This document shows positions 50,768 to 60,341 of a stretch of 64,000 nucleotides of DNA, in pieces. Source of the stretch: an uncultured delta proteobacterium (GTDB lineage Bacteria > Desulfobacterota > RBG-13-43-22); NCBI GenBank assembly GCA_963711835.1, contig CAVQFQ010000005.1:329759-393758 (forward strand). Direction: 5' to 3'. The translations under genes and the position numbers were made by a program. Under the pieces are notes generated by a model. It was not told where the DNA came from. It saw only the letters and a program-made list of their open reading frames with translations, and did no database searches. Within the stretch, counting starts at the first letter, position 1; each line of letters begins with the position of its first letter.

Positions 50768-53024
50768 ATGACTGAAGCTCATCTGTTGAAAATTGCCCGG
50801 GAACTGGGTCTGCCCCCCAAGCAGGTCCAGGCCGCGGCCGACCTGCTTAACGGCGGAGCCACGGTTCCCTTTATCGCCCGCTACCGGAAAGAAGCTACCG
50901 GTTCTTTGGATGAAGTAGCCGTTGCCGCCGTCAGGGACCGGATGGGGCAACTCCTGGAACTGGACCAGCGCCGGGAGGCCATTCTCAAATCCCTGGAGGA
51001 GCGGGGACAGCTCAGCGAGTCCTTAAAGGAAAAGATCCTGGCCGCCGAAACCCTGGTTGTTTTGGAAGATATCTATTTACCTTTCCGGCCTAAACGCCGA
51101 ACCCGGGCTACTATCGCTAAAGAAAAGGGACTGGAACCGCTGGCCCGGAGCCTTTTCGACCAAGAGGAGATGGATCCCATCTCCGAGGCCTCGACCTTCA
51201 TCGACCCCGAAAAAGGAGTGGAATCCGCGGAAGACGCTTTGGCCGGCGCCCGGGACATCATCGCTGAATGGATCAGCGAGGATGAAACCGCCCGGACCCG
51301 GACGCGTGAATATTTCGCCTCGAAAGCGGTTTTCAGGTCTAAACTCATCCCGGGGAAGGAGGATGAGGGGATCAAGTACCGGGATTATTTTGACTGGGAA
51401 GAACCCGCCTCCAGCGCACCCTCCCACCGGATTCTGGCCATACGGCGGGGCGAAAAAGAAAATTTTTTGATTTTTCGGGTCACCCCGCCGGAAGAGGGGG
51501 CTCTGGAAATCCTCGACGGTCTTTTCGTCCAAGGGGAAGGACCGGCCTCCCACCAGGTTCAACTGGCCGTGCACGACGGGTACAAACGGCTTCTTTCTTC
51601 TTCCCTGGAGACCGAAATCCGCCTGGAAATGAAGAAAAGGGCCGACGCGGAGGCCATCCGGGTCTTTGCCGAGAACCTCCGCCAACTCCTGTTGGCCCCG
51701 CCCCTGGGTCAAAAAAAGGTCCTGGCCATCGATCCCGGTTTCCGGACCGGGTGCAAGGTGGTCTGCCTCGATCCCCAGGGGAAACTGGTCCATTACGAAA
51801 CCATTTTTCTGCTGTCCGAAAAAGGCGCCGCCGAAGCCGGTGCCCAAATTCGGGCGATGTGTAATCGCTTCCAAATCGAGGCCTTGGCCATCGGCAACGG
51901 CACCGCCGGACGGGAAACCGAGACCTTCATCCGTAGCCTTGATCTTTCTTCGAATAGGACGGTGGTCATGGTTAATGAGAGCGGCGCCTCAATCTACTCG
52001 GCCTCCGAGGTCGCCCGAGAGGAATTCCCGGATCAAGATCTAACCGTCCGGGGGGCCGTTTCTATCGGTCGGAGGCTGATGGATCCCCTGGCCGAACTGG
52101 TCAAGATCGACCCTAAGTCGATCGGGGTCGGCCAATACCAGCACGATGTGGACCAAGGGGGATTGAAACGCAGCCTGGATGACGTGGTGGTGAGCTGCGT
52201 CAACCGGGTGGGCGTGGAGGTCAATACGGCCAGCAAACAACTGTTGACCTACGTCTCCGGGTTGGGACCTCAACTGGCTCGGGGGATCGTGGAGTACCGG
52301 AACGAGCACGGTCCCTTTCCTTCCCGGGAAACACTGAAGCAAGGTCCCCCGTTTAGGACCCAAGGCCTTTGAGCAGGCCGCCGGCTTCCTGCGCATCCGC
52401 GGCGGAGCGAACCCCCTGGACGCCAGCGCCGTCCATCCGGAGAGTTATCCCCTGGTCGATGCCATGGCCCGGGACCTCGGCTGTTCGGTGACGGACCTGA
52501 TCCGTGACGAACCGCTCCGCAAGCGGATCGACCCCCACCGCTACCTCTCGGAAAAGGCGGGCCTGCCTACGCTCCAGGATATCCTGGCCGAACTCGCCAA
52601 ACCGGGGCGTGATCCCCGGAAACAGTTCGAAGCCTTTCATTTTACCGAGGGGGTAGAAAAGATCGAGGATGTCCGGCCCGGGATGAAGCTCCCCGGCCTG
52701 GTGACCAACATTACCGCCTTCGGGGCCTTTGTGGATATCGGCGTCCATCAGGACGGGCTGGTCCATATCAGCGAACTGGCCGACCGTTTTGTAAAAACCC
52801 CGGCCGAGGTGGTCAAGGTCCATCAACCGGTAATGGTCAGGGTGCTGGAAGTGGATTTGGTCCGGAAGCGGATTTCCCTTTCCCTGAAGAACGGTTCACC
52901 CCCCGCGGACGAGGGTCCGAAGAAGACAGCCCAAAAGAGAGGAGAGCGTCGGGCGGAAAAGGAGGTCAAATCCCCCGGCCGCTTTTTCAATAACCCCTTC
53001 GCCGACGCCTTCAAAAAAAAATAA
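50768..53024 (+). CDS. tex: Tex RNA-binding transcriptional accessory protein (apparent +1 frameshift near 52341)
   Basis: ATVPFIARYRKEATG, IDPGFRTGCK, IGVGQYQHDV; removing one base restores VPRLGPKAFEQAAGFLRI and joins the S1 domain. Confidence 0.92.
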
Positions 53025-53248
53025 TCGTATCCAGTTTCAGGAAAAATCAGGTCGCCGGCCTCGTCCAATCAAAAATTATTTTTCCGGCCACATATTCCTT
53101 GCCAGCCTAGCGGGTGATCCGGCTTAATTTTAATGAAATTTTTTCCAGACGCTGAAAAATAAAAGGGGTCTAAAAAGAGGTCGGGTCTGCCTTTGACTCT
53201 GACGAACAACTCCAATTAAATGGTCCCATCCAGGCCCTATTTTCCGCC

Positions 53249-53277
53249 TTGATTCTGTCTTCTTCTCGTTTTATACT
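53249..53277 (+). promoter_or_regulatory. Putative sigma70 promoter
   Basis: TTGATT-N17-TATACT. Confidence 0.55.
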
Positions 53278-53325
53278 CTTCCCATCAAAAAGCAGGTTCT
53301 TATCAAAGATTTAATGTAAAAGGTT

Positions 53326-53928
53326 ATGCGTTATACAATTTTTAATACACCAGTCTTAAAATCATTTTTGCTTGGCCTATCCCTGTTTCTTTTAAAAATA
53401 CTCGGCTGGAAGAAAAGGGGGCCGTTACCCAAACTGACCAAATATGTCATTGTTGTTGCACCCCATACCTCTAGCTGGGACTTATTCTATGGAATTATCC
53501 TGGCCTTCGCGTTGAAAATTGAAGCTCGCTTTATAGCAAAAAAAGAATTGTTCCGCTGGCCTTTCTCCCCACTTATGAAGTGGTTGGGAGGCGTCCCGGT
53601 CGACAGGGCATTATCAATCCATACCGTGGATCAAATGATATCTGCTTTCAATGAAAGCAAGAAATTTATTCTGGCCCTGACTCCTGAGGGCACCCGTAAT
53701 AAAACAGGTTACTGGAAATCAGGGTTTTATCATATTGCGGTAAGTGCCCATGTTCCCATTCAGCTTGCGTTTCTCGATTATGCGAGCAAAACCGGCGGAG
53801 CAGGACCGCTAATAAATCCCACTGGCGATCTGGATCAAGACATGCGGACAATTCGTGATTTTTATCTGACTGTTAAGGGCAAACATCCCGACAAAACAAG
53901 CCCCGCTAATATTTATTCTAAAACATGA
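53326..53928 (+). CDS. PlsC-like acyltransferase
   Basis: PHTSSWD, TPEGTR, WKSGFY. Confidence 0.88.
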   Translation: MRYTIFNTPVLKSFLLGLSLFLLKILGWKKRGPLPKLTKYVIVVAPHTSSWDLFYGIILAFALKIEARFIAKKELFRWPFSPLMKWLGGVPVDRALSIHTVDQMISAFNESKKFILALTPEGTRNKTGYWKSGFYHIAVSAHVPIQLAFLDYASKTGGAGPLINPTGDLDQDMRTIRDFYLTVKGKHPDKTSPANIYSKT

Positions 53929-54007
53929 AAAAACCAATTCACCATCAGGCTGTCGGTATTTTGAATCAAGGTCGCCTAAGCCAGGCTTTTGCCGGCGAGC
54001 TGCTATT

Positions 54008-54112
54008 CAGGTCTTTTGCGGTCACCGAATCCATCCCAGAAAAAAAGAGGCTATGGAAAACCTAGCCCGCTATATCATCCGGGCCTCTTTCTCTCAAGAA
54101 CAAATGACCTAT
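54008..54112 (+). mobile_element. IS91-family transposase remnant
   Basis: Translates as QVFCGHRIHPRKKEAMENLARYIIRASFSQEQMTY, resembling the LARY..R region of Y2 transposases. Confidence 0.6.
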
Positions 54113-54487
54113 CCCGGGGACTTTGTCAAAAAAAAATTAGGATGCCCTCAGTCCCTTACAATCTTTGGAGATACTCTCCGAGTCGCCTCATCTGACGGTA
54201 GGGCGGCCTATTGAGTTCATTCCGTAATCGCCAAGGCAAACACCTGCTCATGGCAAACATTAATAGGTGACTTCGTTAAATTGGGGGTGGAGAGGCAATT
54301 TTCGAGGAAACTTGAGGGATTCTTCCTGTAGTCCTTGAACCTTTATTTTGAATAAAACGGAAGAGTTCAAACGGTAATCAACGAAAAGGCGTTTCAAATT
54401 TGTTGGCTTTATGGTAATTGGAAGGTAGGAAATAAAAAGTAAAATATTTACGTTTTATTGTTGGCAACCTCTCAATAGGGATAAGAA

Positions 54488-54691
54488 ATGGCAAAAAACA
54501 TTCAAGACTATTATTGTAATGTGATAAGTGAACATGTTAAAATTTATCTAAAAAATAAAGTTAATATTGGCCTCAAATATAGAAAAGACTATTTTGTTAA
54601 ATGCAATCAGGAAGATTGTCAATACGTAGATGAAAATACATCGCCATGTCCTTTAGTGATAGAAATGTTTAGTATACTTAGCCCAGTTTAG
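54488..54691 (+). CDS. Small Cys-containing hypothetical protein
   Basis: 67 aa, AT-rich, four Cys (C..CxxxxC...C). Confidence 0.55.
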   Translation: MAKNIQDYYCNVISEHVKIYLKNKVNIGLKYRKDYFVKCNQEDCQYVDENTSPCPLVIEMFSILSPV

Positions 54692-54741
54692 ATATTGTTC
54701 CTCTTCCCCTTTGACAGAATCGTCGAATGGCCTAAGCCCAA

Positions 54742-55593
54742 TCAGGGAAGCCCGTCCCCGGGGACCTCAACTTCCACGATTTCAATCCGTCCGCCGGCCC
54801 GTCCCCGACCCCGGCCCGGAACGGCCGATTCCGCCGTGCAGACAAAGAGCGTACGCCGCTCCGACCCGCCCAGCATGCAGGCGTAGGGTCTGGTCGAGAC
54901 CTTCACCCGGTGGGTGACAAGGCCCCCCTCCCGGATGCGCTGCACTTCGCCCGGCTCCGGGGCGGCCACCCAAATCGCACCCTCGGCGTCCAGACAGATA
55001 CCGTCGGGGTAGGCCCCTTCCAGATCAGCCCAGACCCGGCGGTTGGAAAGGGAGCCGTCAGGTTCAAGATCAAAGGCGGTCAGACGATGCCCGAAGGTCT
55101 CGGCCACGATGAGGGTTTGGCCGTCCGGTGTAATGACGGTTCCGTTCGGGAAGAGCAGCCCTTCGCCGACCCGACGGGCCCGACCGTCCGGAGTCACCAG
55201 CACGATCTCCGCCGACGATACGGGTGCCCCAGCCGCAAAATCAAAACCGAAGTTGCCGATATAGGCCCGGCCCCGCCGGTCAACCACCATATCGTTGCAG
55301 TGAAAAGAAGCCAGCCGGCTTAAATCGGCCACCTCCGACAGCCCTTCCCCGTCGAGCCGAAGCAGGCGGCGATCGGTCATGGAGACCACCAGCAGCCGGC
55401 CGTCCGGGAGCCAGCCGAGGCCGGAGGGTGAACCCGGGACTGCCACCATTTTTTCCGTATTTCCTTTCAGGTCAACGGTCTCCACCCAGCCGGACTGCAT
55501 ATCGGACACCCAGAGCCTCCCCTCATGCCACCGCGGGCCCTCCGGAAATAAAAAACCTTCCGCCAGAACAGCCGTTTTCAAAATCACGGTCAA
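54742..55593 (-). CDS. SMP-30/gluconolactonase family protein
   Basis: FPEGPRWH, NDMVVD, FPNG, PDGICLDAEG; AGGAGG + TTG start. Confidence 0.92.
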   Translation of the reverse strand: MTVILKTAVLAEGFLFPEGPRWHEGRLWVSDMQSGWVETVDLKGNTEKMVAVPGSPSGLGWLPDGRLLVVSMTDRRLLRLDGEGLSEVADLSRLASFHCNDMVVDRRGRAYIGNFGFDFAAGAPVSSAEIVLVTPDGRARRVGEGLLFPNGTVITPDGQTLIVAETFGHRLTAFDLEPDGSLSNRRVWADLEGAYPDGICLDAEGAIWVAAPEPGEVQRIREGGLVTHRVKVSTRPYACMLGGSERRTLFVCTAESAVPGRGRGRAGGRIEIVEVEVPGDGLP

Positions 55594-55808
55594 TCCTCCT
55601 TCCTATTCCCTACCCGAATAACTTAAAACCGGGGTGGGAACCAAGGTCATCTCTTCCTTTTTTACCTCGAAGTTGCATAAAAATTGATAGATAAGGGGTT
55701 TTTTCTAAATTAAAACGGTGCGTTCTAACGATTTCAGAGTTGAGACCAAAATTCACTCCAGGTGAGGTTTAACATTCTAAGATGTATCGATCAATTTTTA
55801 CCCTTCGG

Positions 55809-55907
55809 GAAAGTCTGGGAAGCCGCATCTCCTTTGTTGTCCAGGGCTCGCGGTATGCATATACAGCGTCGCCCTGGACGCCTCGGATCTGCGGCTTCCG
55901 AAACTTT
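55809..55907. repeat. Structured palindromic intergenic element
   Basis: Nested arms aaagt..ggaagccgca / gtccagggc ... gccctggac / tgcggcttcc..acttt. Confidence 0.55.
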
Positions 55908-56043
55908 TGCGACATCGAGGTTTACCCAACTAAGGTGATAATCGTCGTTGAAACCTGATCCGGATTTTTTTATATGGTTGCATCCAATTTTGAAAAAAGA
56001 TATAAAAATTTAAGGGAAATCATAAAAGTCAGGGAGGTAGCCC

Positions 56044-56781
56044 ATGAAACTTAGCGGAAAAATTATCGATCTTAGCCAGGAGATATACCAGGGTATGCCC
56101 GTCTATCCCGGGCATCTGAAAACGGTGATCTGGACCCATGCCTCCCACGAGGAGGTCGGCCGCCAGTTGGGCACGGGCTTTTCTTATGAAACCCGGGGGA
56201 TTATGCTCTGCGATCATGGGCCCACCCACATTGATTCCGTCAGCCATCTCTGCACCGATCCGGATGCCCCACCGGTTGACAAGATCCCTCTGGAATACTG
56301 CCTCACCTCCGCCATTTGTCTGGATGTGAGCGATGTGCCCCGCAAAACCCAGTTCGGCCGGCCCAAGATCGAGGCGGAGCTGAAGAGATGGGGTCTGGAT
56401 ATCCGCCAGGGAGACACCATCCTGTTTTATACCGCCCATTATGACCGTTATTACGGCAAGCCCGAATACATGACCGATTACCCCGGTCTGGATCGGGAAG
56501 GGACTGAGTTTATCATTGATCAGGGGTGCATCAACTTCGGGGTGGATTCGTCAAGCCCGGATATGTGGTACGACAAAACCTATCCCTGCCATACTGTTTG
56601 TTCCGAACGAAGGATCACCCATATCGAAAACCTCTGCAACCTGGATAAAGTTGCCGGTAAACGGTTTACCTTTATCGCCCTGCCGCTGAAAATCCGGGGG
56701 GGGACCGGTTCTCCTCTGCGTGCCGTTGCCGTGGTTTACGAAGGGGAGCCTGTCAGTTGGGACCTTCATTCAGAATCCTAA
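56044..56781 (+). CDS. Cyclase family (kynurenine formamidase-like) metallohydrolase
   Basis: DHGPTHIDSVSH, IENL.NL, ALPLKIRGGTGSPLRAVA. Confidence 0.9.
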   Translation: MKLSGKIIDLSQEIYQGMPVYPGHLKTVIWTHASHEEVGRQLGTGFSYETRGIMLCDHGPTHIDSVSHLCTDPDAPPVDKIPLEYCLTSAICLDVSDVPRKTQFGRPKIEAELKRWGLDIRQGDTILFYTAHYDRYYGKPEYMTDYPGLDREGTEFIIDQGCINFGVDSSSPDMWYDKTYPCHTVCSERRITHIENLCNLDKVAGKRFTFIALPLKIRGGTGSPLRAVAVVYEGEPVSWDLHSES

Positions 56782-57005
56782 CCCAAAAATTCGAAAAAAT
56801 TTTGCCACGGACAACTACAGGACAGGGTAGCGGCGACCTGCCGCTACCCTAACTGTCCGCCCTTCGGGCATTAAGGACTTGGGCCAACGAGCAATATCAA
56901 CTTAACGAGCATGTCTGTTCGCGCCAGCGATGGCGGTTTTAGCCGGGCAAGTCGCCCGGCTAAAAAAATGTCCGCCTTTGTCGGTGTGTGTCTGTGGCAA
57001 AAAAA
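56779..57005. repeat. MITE-like dispersed element, copy A
   Basis: Ends tttgccacggac ... gtctgtggcaaa; internal hairpins agggtagcggc..gccgctaccct and tttagccgggc..gcccggctaaa. Confidence 0.7.
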
Positions 57006-57010
57006 ATTAT

Positions 57011-57056
57011 TAAATCCCCCTACCCCCCTTTGACAAAAAGGAGGTAGGGGGATTTA
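57011..57056. repeat. REP-like inverted repeat
   Basis: TAAATCCCCCTACC ... GGTAGGGGGATTTA, 14-bp perfect arms. Confidence 0.7.
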
Positions 57057-57113
57057 TTGAGCCGGGGGAATCCACCTGAGGTAATTTCTTGTTAATTTGA
57101 TACAGTTGATCAC

Positions 57114-58322
57114 TTGAACCGCCATATCCTGATAGCCTTTGCCGCCAGCCTGGGAATGGGCGTGGCTTTTTTAAACCTTACGCCCGTCCTGCCCGCCTTG
57201 CGGGACTTTTATGGAGTTAGCAATGCCCGGATGGGCGTATTGATAACATCCCTGATCCTGACCCATTCCCTGGTGCAGGTCCCATCCGGTCTGGTGGTGG
57301 ACAGAATGGGAGTCCGGACCGGAGTCCTGCTGGCTCTGGGGCTCGGCTTTCTGGGAAATATGTTATCGATTTTCTCTCAGGATTTTAATTTCATCCTGGC
57401 TATGAGGCTACTTACCGGGGTTGGCACCGGCCTCTCCTTTGTAGCCGGGATCCATTATGCCACTGCCCATGCCCGGGATGAGCAGAAAATTCAGGTTCAG
57501 GCCATATTCGGCGGTCTTATCAATATCGGCAGTATGCTCCCTTTTTTTGCCAGCCCGATTCTTTTGGCCTATGACGTCCGGCTGATTTATCTCTTTACCG
57601 CCCTCATTTTCTTTTTACCCTTGCTGGCCGTGCTCTTTTGGGGTGAGGATCCGGAAAAGAAAGAAAAGGTTTCCCAAATTCCGCTGAGCCAGGTTCTCAT
57701 GTCAAGACCCGCCTGGGCCCTGGGATTCAGCCATGCTGTTTTTTTCGGCGGGATGATGGCCATTGGAACCTGGATCTCATCCTATCTTATGAAATCACAG
57801 GCCGGTCTCCACGGCTATTCCTGGGTGGGGGTGGTTGGCGGGGTAGTCATCGGAATCAGCGCCATCGGCCGTTTTTTAGGGGCTTTGACCTCGCCATGGA
57901 TACATCCCAGGAACCTTATCTTTCTGGCCCTGGTTATATTGTTCTTGTCTTACGGGGGGCTTGGGATGGGTGGAGAACTTGGTTTAGGGCTGGCCCTGCT
58001 GAGCCTGGCGGCCTTGATGAATTCGGTTACCTTCGGGTCGGTATTTTTTCTTGCCTACCAAACAACGCCGGCCCAAAACGCCGGCACAACCGTCGGTCTG
58101 GTTAATTTTATCGCCAGTATCGGGGCCTTCCTCTTTCCGGTTGTTTTTGGTTATTTTATCGATTTGACCGGCACGTTCAGTCTCTCATTTTTCTTTCTGG
58201 CCGCCCTGTCCCTGGCTTGCCTTTATCCGGTTATCACCCTTTCCCCAACCCGAAAAATTCGGAAAAGATATTTGCCACAGACAAAGACAGGACAGGGTGG
58301 CGGCGACTTGCCGCTCGGCTGA
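57114..58322 (+). CDS. MFS transporter
   Basis: About 12 TMs, motif A GLVVDRMGVR, RLLTGVG; TTG start. Confidence 0.88.
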   Translation: MNRHILIAFAASLGMGVAFLNLTPVLPALRDFYGVSNARMGVLITSLILTHSLVQVPSGLVVDRMGVRTGVLLALGLGFLGNMLSIFSQDFNFILAMRLLTGVGTGLSFVAGIHYATAHARDEQKIQVQAIFGGLINIGSMLPFFASPILLAYDVRLIYLFTALIFFLPLLAVLFWGEDPEKKEKVSQIPLSQVLMSRPAWALGFSHAVFFGGMMAIGTWISSYLMKSQAGLHGYSWVGVVGGVVIGISAIGRFLGALTSPWIHPRNLIFLALVILFLSYGGLGMGGELGLGLALLSLAALMNSVTFGSVFFLAYQTTPAQNAGTTVGLVNFIASIGAFLFPVVFGYFIDLTGTFSLSFFFLAALSLACLYPVITLSPTRKIRKRYLPQTKTGQGGGDLPLG

Positions 58323-58500
58323 GCTCGCCGCATGCCGCCACCCTAATCGTCAGCGCCTTTGGCGCATACAAAGTTTTTTCTCGCGAAGCGATGGCCTGTT
58401 ATGCCCGTTCATTGTCGAACGGGCATAAAAAATATCGTCCGCCGGCGCCTGCCCCGTGAACGCAACTGACGCGGGGTCTGTGTGCGTCGGTGGCAAAAAA
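58247..58500. repeat. MITE-like dispersed element, copy B (overlaps the MFS 3' end)
   Basis: tttgccacagac..acaggacagggtggcggcgac..gccgccaccctaa ... gtcggtggcaaa, homologous to 56779-57005. Confidence 0.7.
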
Positions 58501-58639
58501 AATTCCAAAGGGACTGATTGGGAAAATCGAATCTCACCTGTGGACGGCAATTTACACCTATAGAAGGAGTGACGTCTTAAGGGGTACTTATGGGAGGTAC
58601 CTATTCCTTTCGAGTTTTTCTTTGAGGGCCGTTCGGCCT

Positions 58640-58668
58640 TTGACTATCTTCTACTTAACGTATAAAAT
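58640..58668 (+). promoter_or_regulatory. Putative sigma70 promoter
   Basis: TTGACT-N17-TAAAAT upstream of the cyclophilin. Confidence 0.55.
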
Positions 58669-58695
58669 AAGCATCATTCTTTTTAAGGAGGAGCT

Positions 58696-59289
58696 ATGAG
58701 AACGATCGTAATAGGAATGCTGGGTCTGGTCTTGTGTCTATTGCCGGTTCTGACTATAGGAGAGACTCGGTCTAAAACTTTTTCCAGGGAGGAAATTAAA
58801 AAAATGTCCGAGACGACGGCGGCCATCGAAACCAAATTCGGGACCATCGAATTGAAGTTTTTCCCCGAAGTTGCCCCCAATCATGTAACTAATTTCATAG
58901 AACTGGCCAAAAAGGGGTTCTACGACGGGACGATTTTCCATCGGGTCATCCCCGGATTCATGATCCAGGGTGGCGACCCCAACTCAAAGGAGGCGAATAA
59001 ATCCCGGCATGGAATGGGCGGCCCCGGTTATAACGTGAAAGCCGAATTTAACAATAAATCCCACAAGAGAGCGATCCTTTCCATGGCCCGGGGACAGGAC
59101 CCGGACAGCGCAGGGTCCCAGTTTTTCATCTGCGTGGGCGATGCCCTTTTCCTGGACAGGCAATATACGGCATTCGGTGAAGTAACCTCCGGGATGGAGG
59201 CGGTCGATAAGATCGTCGGATTGCCCCGGGACAAGCGTGACAACCCGAATGAGCGTGTGGAAATAAAGGTCAGAATTTTCGAAAAATAA
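58696..59289 (+). CDS. Cyclophilin-type peptidyl-prolyl isomerase
   Basis: FYDGTIFHRVIPGFMIQGGDP, SAGSQFFI. Confidence 0.95.
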   Translation: MRTIVIGMLGLVLCLLPVLTIGETRSKTFSREEIKKMSETTAAIETKFGTIELKFFPEVAPNHVTNFIELAKKGFYDGTIFHRVIPGFMIQGGDPNSKEANKSRHGMGGPGYNVKAEFNNKSHKRAILSMARGQDPDSAGSQFFICVGDALFLDRQYTAFGEVTSGMEAVDKIVGLPRDKRDNPNERVEIKVRIFEK

Positions 59290-59499
59290 CCGCGGTCCTC
59301 GGGTCAGTTAAGCGCCAGGGCGGTGCAGCTCTGCTGGCAGCTATCATTTCCCGGGAAAAGTCTAAATGCTTCTTAATATTTGGTTCCAAATCAGTCTGCT
59401 ATACCAGAGAAAGGTCATAGCAAACCCTCTGCTTAATAATTGTCAAGTCAAGTCCGAGCCCCGTTGTTTCGTTTATTAGCCTAACAACTTAACGGGTCA

Positions 59500-59841
59500 T
59501 CAGGGTACGATTGTTTTGATCTTGGTTTCCGCGCCACCTTCTTTGATGACGACCTTCACAGCATCTTCCATCGGATCTTTGAAGGGCACCTCAATTCGGA
59601 GCAATCCGTGCTCGTAAGTCGCTTCGGCTTTCTCAGGTTTCACCGGCCAAGTCAAAGCCAGTGCCGAAACGTACTCAATGTCCCTTGCTGGCGCCAATAA
59701 ATATACACTATCGTTGAGGATCTTTACATCGATGGTATCCGTTGGCGCTCCTGGGATTGCGAACTCCACTACCAGCTTGTGCTGCTCCCCGTCTGCATAC
59801 GCTACTGTAACGGGCGCAACCTTCATTCGTTCTACCTGCAT
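59500..59841 (-). CDS. Hsp20/alpha-crystallin family protein
   Basis: EFAIPG, AEATYEHGLLRIEVP; AAGGAG upstream of ATG 59841. Confidence 0.8.
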   Translation of the reverse strand: MQVERMKVAPVTVAYADGEQHKLVVEFAIPGAPTDTIDVKILNDSVYLLAPARDIEYVSALALTWPVKPEKAEATYEHGLLRIEVPFKDPMEDAVKVVIKEGGAETKIKTIVP

Positions 59842-60341
59842 CTTGATATACTCCTTTTTGTCTCGTTCCCGATTAGTCGGGCTTATTGCCAATTAAATCA
59901 TCAATTTTTTCGTGATGTTGATTCTAATTCTTAAAGTTATGCACGATTGTAGCAAAGTCAAGGCAATTCTATGGGTAAGCTACATTTAGTAATATATTCA
60001 CGCCAAGAATATTCGGGATCGCCTTAGACATGATCATTACGCATTGAAATATAGCATATTCGCCAAGGTTAACGTTTTGCTGACTACAGGAAGAATTTTC
60101 GTGGGGGATTGCCACATCGGCCAAGCCCTCCTTTCTCATTATCTTTCTGAAGGTAAAAAATCTTCAGTTTTAATAAAAGAAAAATTAATGCCGTGAGTTA
60201 GGTTAAAATTATAATTAATTGATTTTATTGTATTATTTAATTCAGTAAGTTCCTTAATACTTCCTGAAAATGGAAACCATTTTTATTCCACAACAAACAT
60301 CATTTGAGTTAAAATAATATAAGGTTAAGAAACGGAAAAAA

